64,000 bases of DNA from Proteromonas lacertae (lineage: Eukaryota), in NCBI GenBank assembly GCA_002245135.1, contig NGBS01000014.1, forward strand, positions 1 to 64,000, in the 5' to 3' direction. Positions 40,655 to 53,228 of this stretch are shown here, in pieces; position 1 is the first letter of the stretch; every line of letters begins with the position of its first letter. The notes beneath the pieces were generated by a model that saw only the letters and a list, made by a program, of their open reading frames with translations, ran no database searches and was not told where the DNA came from. Both the position numbers and the translations under genes were made by a program.

Positions 40655-42748
40655 ATGAATTTTGAGAATGAGATGTTCTATTCTATCTTACCTTCTAATG
40701 TCATAGTATATAAATTTATTTACAGTGAATAGGTTAAAGAAAAGGTAGAAAGGAGTGAAAGTGAAGTAGATTTTGTTGTTCAACATCAAAGTGATATTAA
40801 AAACCTTAAAATTATTAGTCTTGTAGGAATAAAAGAAAAGACAATATTAGAATTCCATGAGACCAGCTCATTGTTGTTAGATTGTTGTATTGCTTATGTC
40901 TGTTTTTCTAAAGTATGTCAAATGAATAAACATAATTATTATATGATGATAGAAAGAAAGTACTATGATAGAGATTTAGAAGAGGTAGTTTACACAAAAT
41001 CCATGTCAAATAGTGATATTATTAGTGTAATATGTTCAATGTGTAATATATTGTTGGTATTGAATGAATGTGATTTAATAGTTTGTAATTTGAAAAGTTC
41101 TAACGTTATAATCTGTTTAGATGGAAGAGTAAAAATATGTGATTTATGTTTGAATGAATTGAGAAAAGAAGAAGATATGAGATTGTATGATATTTGCTTC
41201 AAAAGTCCAGAAGAGTTGAATGGATTAGAATGTGATGAGAGAAGTGTGATTTGGTCAATTGGTTGTATATTATATGAAATGATTTGTAAGAAATTACCAT
41301 TTAATGAAGATGATAATATCATCAAAACAAAAGATAATATCATGAAATGTAAATACAGTTATGATGTAGAATGTGATGAAATGATGAAAGAAATGACAGA
41401 AAGAATGTTGAAAGTGAAAAGTGAATATAGAATGAGTTTAAAAGATTTGAAAAAAGAAATGATAAAAATGAGTGAAACAATGAGAGATAAAGAAGATAAT
41501 TTAAAGATATGTGAAGAAAGAAAAGAAACACTATATAATGATGATTATTTAACTGTTATACTTCCAATAGTTTATCCAATGAAATATTACCTTCAGAGTG
41601 ATAAATGGAAAAACATTCGAGATGGATTAATAGAATCCTACAATAATAAACCAAATGAAAGAATATTATCAATATTGTTGATGATGAAATTGAACAAAGA
41701 TTATTATTCAATCAGAGACAAGATGAAATTTCAAATCCATCACCAATGTAAAGAAAATGAAGAATGTTATTTAGATGAAAAGATATTTAATATTTTATAT
41801 GATGAAAATAGTGAAAAATATTTAGTTTATGGACATTGTATCTGTTTTTGTGTAGAAGGTTTGAATTATTTATTCAGAATATTGAAACTAATTAATCCAA
41901 CCATACTTCATTTTCGTATAATTCTAATCATTTCTGTTTATTTAGGTTTTATTCTTATTCCATATCAATATCAATCATTATTTGGATCTTTATTTACTCA
42001 ATTATCTAATTTACATGAATTATACTTGTTTCATTTCGATGTTACTTCTGATTTCATTGAATCATTTATTAAATCAATTCCATTCATGAAATTGAAATAC
42101 TTAGATTTAACATGTATATATTATTCTATGTTACTTTTATGAAATAGCTAATCCAATTGGTACAAAAGGCTTCAAATTATTACTTCCATATTTACATTTA
42201 TTAATCAACAAATAAAGTGAATTGAATCTCAGAAAGATGAATTTAGATGATGAATCAATGATATTATTATCAGAAGAATTATATAAATATCCAAATATTG
42301 AGAGAATAGATATTACAAAAAATAGGAATATTCATTCAAAAGGATTAAAAGCCTTATTCTCCAAATTCCCTATATCAAAAATCCGATTTAATATTAACAG
42401 AAGCAACAAAGAATTACTGATTGATGAAAATATTCCAGAATTGATTGAATACATAAAAGAAGGTTATTATAATGATAAATTGAATCTTCGAAATTTAGAA
42501 ATTGATGATGATATTATCAAATCATTCATTTCATTAAGATCAAACGAATTGAAAGATATAAAAATATTAGATTTGAGTAGTATAATTTGATATTTATATA
42601 TTATTTAGATAATAAACTAACATATAAAAGTGTTGAAATACTGATTAACAATTTATCTTCTTTTCCATATCTCAAAGAACTTCAAATATATGGAAATGAA
42701 ATAGTAGATGAAGGAATGGAAATATTATCTCCATATTTAAATCATTAA
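40655..42748 (+). CDS. Pseudokinase + LRR protein, copy B, multi-exon
   Basis: Exon 1 40655-40705 (MNFENEMFYSILPSNVI), intron 40706-40732, then a mirror of copy A with divergent patches. 3' end approximate. Confidence 0.75.
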
Positions 42749-44727
42749 TACCATTTCTATTATAGAAATGAAAAGATTGCGATTGATATAAGTGATAATA
42801 AAATTGTATGGAATATCAGAAGAAGAAAAGAGAGAATTATCAGAAGAGTTTTGGAATATAGAATAGATTAAAATAATAAATTATTGTTTTTCATTTTGTT
42901 AAATTTTACCCCGAAGGGTAGGCGTTACTTAGAAGTAGTGCAATACTAAGAACACCTTCGTAATGGTGTATAGTAAACTATACAGTTCCATTACCCCATT
43001 CAAATATTAATGTGAAATTAATACTACCACATGGGTAGCATATCAGTTTTCACACTGATAAGAACAGATACTACACTTGATCTTAGCCAAAAGGCCGAGA
43101 AAATATGAAAATTGAATTCTTCTTTTTTCTTTTATATGATCCTTTTATATGAATTATTTTATGGCTTATTTTATTTTTATTTTATTTTTCATTTCAAGCA
43201 CTCCATTTTCACTCTTTTATATTCTCATTTTGTTTATTACACCCATTACACACAATTTTAACAACAAAATTATCAAGTCAAACTCAAATCAACTACTTCT
43301 ATTTATATTTCTTTTACAGTCATTTCATCTACATTAAATCCAGGCATTGGGAAACTTGTTGCAAATATACTCACATCATGTCTCAACTGTTCGATATCTT
43401 TATTCTTTGGTAAAGCAGCTAAGAAATCTACCAATTTCTTTCCTACTTGCTTCTGAATATCTAAACTGATCTTTATTGCACGATCTAAGAAATCAGCTAC
43501 TTTCTCAAAATCAGCTTCTTTTAAACCACGAGTTGTTAAAGCAGGTGTTCCTATTCTAACACCGCCTGGAGTAAAAGCACTACGATCACCATGAACTGCA
43601 TTCTTATTCAATGTTATATTTACTTCATCACATACTTTTTCTAATTTATTTCCAGTTAAACCATTTGGACGTAAATCAACTAATAATAAATGATTATCAG
43701 TTCCATCAGTCACTAATTTATATCCATGAGATTTTAAACGATTACCTAATGCAACAGCATTTAAACGAACTTGATGAACATATTCTTTAAATTCAGGAGT
43801 ATTTACTTCTAATAATTGAGTAGCTATACCTGCGATTTGATGTTCATGTGGTCCACCTTGTAAAGCAGGGAATACTGCATCATTTATTTTCTTTTCAAAT
43901 TCACGACTGTCTTTCTTATAGAATATCATACCAGCACGTGGACCTCGTAAACTTTTATGAGTTGTTGTTGTTACTATATCACAATATTCAAATGGATTTG
44001 AAGCTTCTCCTGTTGCGACTAAACCACTAATGTGAGCCATATCCATCATCAAGATTGCACCATTAGCATCAGCTATTTCACGATATCGTTTATAATCCCA
44101 TTCACGAGGATAAGCACTTCCTCCACATACTATTAAATCAGGTTTAAAGGTCTTGGCTAAATCAGCTAAACGATCATAATCTATTAAACCAGTTTCAGCA
44201 TTTACACTGTAGGGTAAACTTTCAAAGAAGATTGAAGTTGCACTTACACTCTTCTTCTGTAATGTCGTTGGATTCCAACTATAATAACCATGAGTTAAAT
44301 GACCTCCACTTGGTAAATCTAAACCCATTATTCGAGCATGAGGATGTAATAAACCAGTATATACAGCTAAGTTAGCTGGACTACCACTGTACGGTTGAAC
44401 ATTTACACCCCATTCATTACTATCTAAATGATAAGCTTCTAAAGCACGCTTTTGGCATAACTCTTCCACTTCATCGATATGTTCATTACCACCATAATAA
44501 CGATGATGAGGATAACCTTCAGAATACTTGTTCGTTAAACAAGAACCTAAACAATCCATCACTGCGCGAGAAGTAAAATTCTATTCATACAGTATAAATT
44601 ATATTTTAAATACCTCAGAGGCAATTAATTCTAAACATTTCCATTGACGATTCTTTTCTTTCTCAATTATTCCCCATAATTCAGGATCGTGTTCTTTTAA
44701 TGGAACATTACCTGGCTAAATACAATA
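40726..44727 (-). repeat. Right arm of the ~4-kb inverted duplication
   Basis: Reverse complement of 34600-38612. Confidence 0.95.
42907..43106 (-). ncRNA. U2: U2 spliceosomal snRNA, copy B
   Basis: Reverse complement of 36221-36420. Confidence 0.96.
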
Positions 44728-44762
44728 AATTGTTGTATTTATACGAGTTGTTTAGTAGACAT
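43303..44762 (-). CDS. SHMT: Serine hydroxymethyltransferase, copy B (exon 1 MSTKQL)
   Basis: Same 419-aa ORF translation as copy A; own exon 1 at 44745-44762 and intron 44716-44744. Confidence 0.96.
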
Positions 44763-44879
44763 AAGAAATGAGAAATGAATTATTTGAGTTGATTTGACTT
44801 GATTTGATTTTACATTTATGACGATTCAAAAGAAACAAAAAGAACAATTAAAATTAATAAATAACAATTAATTTATTTT

Positions 44880-45631
44880 TTATGTTGTGTCTTTAGATTT
44901 TACTATTCTTCTACTTCTTGTAGTTGGCCTTGATCTTGATTTTTCAAATGCTTTTGGTTTTTGTGGAGATTTATAAATATCGAATGTATATGCTTTACAC
45001 TTTCCTGAATCATATTTTGAAGCAAAATCACCTAACTTCGGTGTTTTAACTGGTGGTTTTTCTATATCTGAAGAAGTAGAGTCTAGAGGAGGAGGTGGAG
45101 GAGGATTCGATTCAGTTTTTGAAGGGGAATATGTCCTTTCTTTCTCAGGAGTTGAAGTGGCTGTGTTTCTTAATGTTTGTCTTAATAAATGCTGTGCACT
45201 TGGATCATCTTCTATATCATTTATATGATCATCAGACACTGTATTGATTATTCTAATCGATAATATAATATATATATATTTCATAGAATACACTGATTGT
45301 CTCACACCATCTGGATTTTCTTTGGCTAGTGAGTCTAACATATTGAACCTAGCAATCAATTTGTTTGCACATTGTGTTCCTCTTAGTTTCAAATCAGAAT
45401 ACTGCTGTTTCATCTGTTTCGTCGAAATGGAGTTTAAATATGATTCTGATGTGAAATATAGTGTGTCAGTGTATATTTTATTTAATTGAAATCTATTTCA
45501 TTTATAAAATAATGATAATAAATGAAATACCTTGCTGTTTCTCTATCTGGAATATAACCTGATGTATCTCTTTTTGTTTTGTCCTTAGGATCTTCCTTAT
45601 CTTTATCATCATCATAGTCTTTTCTAGTCAT
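44880..45631 (-). CDS. Hypothetical protein with a Pro/Ser/basic disordered C-terminus
   Basis: ATG at 45631 (MTRKDYDDDKDK) splices in frame into ORF 44880-45413. Confidence 0.6.
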
Positions 45632-45726
45632 GAGAAAATGAGAAGTATAAAATTTAAAACAGTTTCTTCAAGCCATTTAGTTTGATTGTTTTTAAACTAT
45701 ATTTTTATTTATTTTGAAATATACAA

Positions 45727-48207
45727 ATGGAGTATATAGAATATGATGAGTATTCAACTATACAACATGTATCCAGATGGAAATGGTATAACATTAAATG
45801 AATAATGTTGATTAGGGTGATAAAGGCTTTATGGGAGTGTAATAAGAATTTTTCAAGGCTAAAATGTAAATTAGTCGATACTATCATTTATGAAAATGGT
45901 TTACCACATTTATGGCTTTTCACAGCAAAAGATGGAACAGTTATGAAGAAACGACTAGATAAACTAAATCCAAATGAAATCATACGACAATTTTCAGAAG
46001 GTAATAATCCTGTATATGGAGAACCAATAGCTCTATTTAGAAGAGTATAATTAAAAACAAGAATTATATTTTGTAAATAGTTTGATCATTATTCAATAAA
46101 ATATGAATTTTCAACATCATTGAAGTTTAGAACATTAGTATTAGGATTAAGTCAAGGTGCTTGTATGCCAATCTATTCAGTTCAAAAGTGTGCAGAGACA
46201 ATAGAAGGAAGAAAAGATCCATGTGTTTTAAGATCAAAATATATAGTAGAAGGAAGAAATGTAAGTTATAAAATATTTAAAGTTAAATTTGATATACCTG
46301 TATATAAATAAATAAATAAATATATATATATATATAGAAGCCAAAAACATCAGAATTAGAAGTATATGAAGGAGGAATCTTGAACAGTATAACGCAGAAT
46401 ATAATAAGACATATTGAACATAATCAGCATGTACAATTGATACTATTAGCATGTGATTTCTATATATCTCATGAAGGTCCAATATTATTTGATATTCCAT
46501 ATGTATTATTTATTATTTATTATTTTATTATATTGTGATATAATATAGTATAAGACACAAAATGAAGTTGATGGATTGAGAGATTATTCAATGAATCCAA
46601 TTAAAGGATTACCAATAAGAGAAGCTTCTTATAGAGTTTCATTTGTATATAATAATAATAATAATTAATTATATTAGACATCTCAAGCTCAAGTTGTTCC
46701 AGATAGAATCGAAGAGTGTCATGATAGGCCATGTAATGGAGAAAACTGTACAAATGTTATTGGAAAAACAGACACATTCTTAATACCCTACAAAGCCATA
46801 TTATTAACAAAAATTGAGAATAAGAAATTGAAAGAAATAAAAGAAAAGAGAGAATCTGAAGGTGAAGAAGTTGATTATAATGATGAAGAGACATATTCAT
46901 TATCCAATAGAATGAAGTTATGGGATGAGGCGAAGAAACATTTAATTCCTGTAAATATGAGAGAAGGAATAGTTACTCAAGAAAGAAAATATACTTTATA
47001 TTATGATGAATTATATAATATTCATACTGATCAATATTATAGTAATATTGGTGTATGTAACACTTGCTATCATTTATATTCATCATTACAGAGATATAGG
47101 AACAAAGTGTTTCAACCCAAAGAGAGATATGAGAATGATGAAAAGAGAATAAAAAATAAACAGCAAGGAAGTAATAGTAAGAATGTATTATCACAAAGAA
47201 TTGAAGAATTATCTAAACCAAAATTTGTATAGATTATATTTTTAATTATTATATATATTTAGAGGCCAATTTCAATTGATCAACCCAGTGAAGATAAACA
47301 ACAAAAGATAAAGAAGAATAGGCCATTTTCAGCAATGCCAGATATGGTTCAATCTAAGCAAAATCAAAATCAACAGAATCTTCATTATTCATCCAAGAAA
47401 ATAAGACCAGCATCTGCTTTACCTAATTTTTCAAAACAACCCTCTTATTTACAACCAACTTACAGTTCATTTAGAGGAAGAAATCCTCCAATCCTTCAAC
47501 AACAATTTAATGAATCTTTATCTAAAAGTCCTCGTAAGGATATTTATATTCCTAAAATCAATAAGAATCCTCCATTATTTGAAAGAAAACCATTACCATC
47601 TGATGTTAGTAGTGGTAGAACAAGTCCTATTATTTCACCTACAAAACCAAATAATAATAATATTAATAATAATAATAATAATAGAAGAAATAATACATCA
47701 TCCAGTACAAAGCTATTATTACAAGAATTATCAAGTGAAGATGAAGATGATGACGAAGAAGAAATTGCAGTTAATAATCATGTTGATAGTAATAAAGATA
47801 ATGATGTTATTAGACCTTTGCCAATATCATCATCAATTGCATCATTTCAACAACAACAACAACAACCATTGTTTCATAAAGTTAGAAATACTAAAAGTAG
47901 TAGTTATAGTAATATTGGAAGTGTGTCTCAATACTCTAGTAGAAATAATGAACTGTATAACATATACCACAAGCCAATTCCCAATCGTTACAGAAGTGGA
48001 AGTGCTCCTTCTAAAAGGAGAGAGAAAGATGTAAATTTATCAGAATTTACTAAATTTTGTTTAATGCAGTTGAAAGATGAGGATATAGATAGATCATTTA
48101 TAAATAATATGCAGAAGATGGGATTTTCCAATAGATTAGAAGTAATTAAGGCTATTGAGAAGTATAAAGGAGAAGAGTGGGTAAGAAAACATGTTAAGAT
48201 CGATTAA
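45727..48207 (+). CDS. Hypothetical multi-exon protein; globular N-terminal half, disordered C-terminal half
   Basis: MEYIEYDEY...RWKW/VIKALWEC...DTIIYENGLPHLWLFTAKDG; ORF pieces are linked by GT-AG introns through to the stop at 48207. Confidence 0.65.
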
Positions 48208-48251
48208 ATACCAAAACACAAATAATTAATACAAAATAATATTTATATGAT

Positions 48252-48545
48252 TTAACGAGGTTGATGTATCATCGGTGGATTTTGCTTATGATCTTTTTGA
48301 TGAGATGGCTGAGGTTTTTCGTGCATATGTTGAACTTCACTTCTCTCGTCTTTCTTTGGAGGAGGGGGTGCTTCTTTCATAGGCTTTCCTAACACTCCTG
48401 ACTGTAAAACTACTTCTTCACTGCCTTCTGTTGGAGCTTCTATTTTATCTTCTGATTTCCTGTGTTCTTTTGATGTAGGTCGAGCAACTCGTGATCCTCC
48501 TACGACTGTGGCCGGCTCTATTTTCTTACCGTCTTCAGTATTCAT
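48252..48545 (-). CDS. DAP: Death-associated protein 1 (DAP1/DAPL1)-like small protein, 97 aa
   Basis: N-terminal PATVVGGSRV resembles DAP PAVKAGGMRI; C-terminal HEKPQPSH...IHQPR resembles HQKPxxS...IQQPRK. Confidence 0.75.
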   Translation of the reverse strand: MNTEDGKKIEPATVVGGSRVARPTSKEHRKSEDKIEAPTEGSEEVVLQSGVLGKPMKEAPPPPKKDERSEVQHMHEKPQPSHQKDHKQNPPMIHQPR

Positions 48546-48662
48546 TTATAAAATCAAAAAGTATCTTTTAGAAAAAATGTAACGAATAAAAATGCATCAG
48601 TTACACCTATGATTTTATTTCTTCATAAACAATGAAAGAGCAATGAAATTATAAACAAATAA

Positions 48663-50805
48663 CTACGTTCTATAAGCTTCTTCAAGTCTATTATATATTC
48701 TCATCAACAAATTCATGACTTCACTAACATTTGGTATTACAACACTCTCTTCTGTGAATAGCATCTTAATTTTGCATGCTGTTTCAATATCTTTTCTACA
48801 TGATAATTCATATCTATATATTATACATATAAAAACTATACTTATCTTCAAAAACTTCATAATAATCTAAAACAATTCTGAAATAAGTAAAAATTTTGTT
48901 TAATTCTTCATGATCTTGTATAGTTGGAGGAACTATAAATATGAAGAATAATATATAAAACATTATACTCAATTTTTGTTGCTGTACTAAAGGTATTTCC
49001 ATTTTCATCTCTGTAAACATAAGATTCACTAAGTGAGGAATATTTGCAGACACAAATAACAAGCAATCTCTTATAAAGTTCATATAAATAACCGCTTCAT
49101 TATCATTATCATCATTATGCAAACGTTTCTTAATAACTTCTACAGGTTTTACTTCAATTTTTGGTTCAGGTAAAAAAGCTATCTTACTCAACTCATTATA
49201 TACATAATCAGGATCATATTCAATCTTTATTCTTTCTTTTTCTTCTGGACTAACATCAGGTGATTCCAACAATTTCTTACCAATCTTTCTAATCTGATCT
49301 TTTGTCACTTCTGGTAATCTTTTATTCTTCAATACTTTATGAAATGCATCAGGACAAGATTTAACATAATGTTCAACCAAATCAACATTCTTAAATATAT
49401 GTTCAGGATTAATACTACAATAACTCATATATTTTAAAGCTTCATTTCTAAATGGACAGGTTGTGTGATGCCAAATTAGTTTATCTCTTTTCATTGTATG
49501 ATGAGGTTCAAATGCACAATAAACACGATCTTCATTTGGATTAATCTTGAATTTTCTTTCTATTTTTATATAAATATATAAACGTAAATATATATGTATA
49601 TACTTTTTTTATTTTGTTCTATTTCACTCCACTTTTCTTCATATATTCTCTTCTTTGATTGTTGTATTTGAAGTCTCTGAGATGCTGTCTGTAACTTTTC
49701 TGTTACTGCTCTATTTTGAATATAAATAAATATAAATAATTATTACTGAGTTTGTTGAGAAGCCATTATTCTTCTTTCTTCTAATTTTTCTCCTCTTTCA
49801 ATCAATTTGTTATAATTCTATATAAAAACAGAATAATGTTAATAATGAATATATATATATATTTACATTTCGTATTTCCATTTCCTTATATTCACTAACT
49901 AAAGCAGAGTACTTTTCCTTCCAATATTCAGCTCCTAAATCTGCCACTATTTCTTCTCCAATTCTAATCTTGGTTTTTGCAACATAAATATTCATTGGGA
50001 TATATTTATCAATATAACATTGAATAATACTTACATTTGCATTTCTAGGTATTAGTCTAACATCATAATTTCTACATAATTTATATAATAAAAATAATAA
50101 AAAAAAATACTCTGTAACAATTCTATTTTGATTTTCTATTACTGAAGCTTGAATATACCCTAATTCATTTGTTTTTGATTTATGAACTATATTCATTCTA
50201 TTCAGTTCATCTTTACCTCCAAGATCAAAATCAAATGAATAGCAATAAATTCCATTATCCTATTTATATTTTTATTATATTTTTAGTATATATATATATA
50301 CAAGTTTAGTCAATTCTTGCCATTCTCTTTCGGAGTATAATGTTCCATATAAAACACCAACTAGATCATTATGATGAAATTTTTTCCTTGCAAAACAACC
50401 ATATTCTGGATGATTAAATCCTTGTGAGATCATTTTGGCTGGATTCCTTGCATCAGTGATTACTTCAACAGATAAACCATCGTTGAATTTATGAGAGTTT
50501 AACATATTTAATGCCTCACTTTTTCTATCAGCATCACTAATATTTCATATACTATACATTTCATCTAATTTATGCTTTTCTTTAATTGGAGTCTTACCTT
50601 TTATTGTTATGCTTGTAAACATATTCTCAAATCTGTGTAACTCGTTTGATTTACTCAATTCACCTACAAAATGACAATTATTTGAATTAATACATTTCAA
50701 AAGTGTATTGTGCGTAGGTATATTGTGATCAATGAAGTATTTATTACAATCATCTGATATCTATTCATCAAATATATTCTATTATACATAAATATCCGTG
50801 ATCAT
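48663..50805 (-). CDS. SET-domain protein with a coiled coil and two tandem CHHC (U11-48K/GTSF1-type) zinc fingers, multi-exon
   Basis: SET motifs YGCFARKKF..NDLVGVLYG, YSFD, VAKTKIRIGEEIVADLGAEYW. Manual splicing stays in frame to CAFEPHHTMKRDKLIWHHTTC and CSINPEHIFKNVDLVEHYVKSC. Confidence 0.75.
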
Positions 50806-50943
50806 TTTAAATTTACTTTCTTTTTCATATTCATTCATTTTTTCAGACTTTTCTCAATGCCAGATCTGATCGTTTGGGATTTCTATCAAACCTTTGGCTT
50901 GAGAATTAGTCATTTTCTAGCATATTCTATTTCACTTATACTA

Positions 50944-53186
50944 ATGCAAGCTGTGTTTAGATTAAGAAGATTTGCAAGGCCATCAGTAGTTCGTAATGTT
51001 TCAAGAAGTTTCAGGTTTGTTGCACCAAAGACTTGTATCATTTTTTGTTTAGTATATAGTAACTTGCATTCCAAGTTATAATTTAAGAAATTTTTCAACT
51101 GTTAATTTTGATAAGGCACAAGAATTTGAATTCAAGACAGAAACAAAGAAAATTCTTGATATAGTGACAAATTCTATTTATACAGATAAAGAAGTGTTTT
51201 TAAGAGAATTAATAAGTAACTCTAGTGATGCTTGTGAACAATTACGTCATGCAGAACTAACAGATCAAAAAATCAAAGAAAAAGAAACGCCATTACAAGT
51301 TGAAATTACAACAGATGAAAGTGCTCGTACTTTAACCATTCATGATACAGGAATTGGTATGACAAAAGATCAATTAATAAGTAATCTTGGAACGTTAGCG
51401 AGATCAGGAACAAAGGCATTTCTTGAAAGTTCCAATGATGCAGATTTAAAAAGCAATTTGATTGGTCAATTTGGTGTTGGTTTTTATTCTGCTTTTATGG
51501 TAGCTGACAATGTTGATGTATATTCCTTACCAGCAATAAAAGATGAAAAGCCTTATTTATGGACATCTGATGGTTCAGGTAAATACAAAGTAGTAGAAGC
51601 AGGAAATAATGTAAAGAGAGGAACAACAATCGTATTACATATTAAACAATCAGAAATACAGTATTGCACATCTGCAACAGTAGAAAGAATAATTAAGAAA
51701 TATTCCAATTTCATCAACTTCCCTATTCTATTAAATGGTAAAAAAATGAATACAGTAGAAGCCTTATGGATGAAATCAAAATCACAAATATCAGAAGATC
51801 AATATAATGAGTTTTATAAATACATTGGTCAAGCTTGGGATACTCCATTATATCATTTACATTTTACAGCTGATGCACCATTATCATTACATACTTTATT
51901 CTTCATACCATCTGTGAACAATGAGAAACATGGTTTTGCTAAATTAGATTCTAAGATTAACATGTATTCACGTAAAGTTTTGATTGAAGCTAAAACTAGA
52001 AGATTATTACCTGATTGGTTGAGATTTATATCTGGTGTAGTGGATAGTGAAGATTTACCTTTGAGTATATCTAGAGAAAATCCACAAGATTCTATGTTGA
52101 TTGAAAGAATAAAAAGAGTATATATATTTATATAGATTATATTATATATATATATATATATAGATTATTACAAAAAAATTAATCAATTTCTTTGCTGATG
52201 AAATGAAAAAGGATCGAACCAAGTTTGAAAGCTTTTACAAAGAATTTAGTGAATATTTAAAAGAAGGAGCATTAATAGATGAAAGTTATCGAGCAGATTT
52301 AGCAAGATTATTCTTATACGAATCAGCAGATAGTGAAGCTGGAAAGTTATTATCATTAGATGAATATATAGCAACATTACCATCAGAACAAAACACTCTC
52401 TATTTCTTATTCAGCCCTACAAGACAAGAAGCATTGAATTCACCTTATTATGAAGCTTTTAAGAAGAATAAAATCAATGTAATATTCGTATATACTCCTG
52501 TAGATGATTTGTTATTATCAACAATGAAAACATATCAAAATAAGAAATTTGTTAGTTGTGAAACTACTGATGTTGATAGCTTATTATCCAATAAGAATCC
52601 AGTAGTTGAAAAAGCCAATAATAATAATAATAATAATAAAACTGAAATAATAGATAAAGATCCTGAAGTAACTAAGTTTGTAGATTGGTTGAAATTAACA
52701 TTAAACTCAAAAGCTAGTGAAGTTAAACCGACTAGTAGATTGGTATCTTCACCAGCTATGGTGACTTCCAAACACAGTTCATCTTTAAATCGAATGATGA
52801 AAATGGTGAATATGCCTAATGGCAGTGGAGCCAACACAATGGAAACTCCCAGATTAACATTGGAGATTAATTTAAGACATCCATTTGTACAGAGATTGAA
52901 TGAATTGAGAGAGAAGAATAATGATCTTGCTAGTTTGTTGGCTGAACAAATGTATGATAATTGCTGTATTTCTGCTGGATTGATGTCTGATCCTAGAGAT
53001 ATGATTCCTAGATTGAACAACATGATGAATATCTTAGCTGAATATGGTGAAAAGACTGATATTTCTAGTGGAATAGTACATAAAAAAGAAGAAGATTCTA
53101 AAAGTACACCACTAAAAGAAGAAAAAGTACAAGAAGGAGTAAAATCACCTTCAATTGAAGAAATATTTAAAAATACTAGTAAATAA
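50944..53186 (+). CDS. TRAP1: Mitochondrial-type Hsp90 (TRAP1/Hsp75) with an Arg-rich presequence
   Basis: MQAVFRLRRFARPSVVRNVSRSF presequence; EFKTETKKIL, VFLRELISNSSDA, IGQFGVGFYS, GVVDSEDLPLSISRE; no charged linker and no MEEVD. Confidence 0.9.
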
Positions 53187-53228
53187 ATCTGATTCACAAT
53201 AAATAATGATCTTTATTTTTTCGAATTA

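Noticed and set aside
34600..44727. Palindrome as a fold-back assembly artefact or a transposon
   Set aside because: The arms have distinct, well-formed first exons and divergent patches, which an artefact would not create. No transposase or TSD was seen. Long-read confirmation is still advisable.
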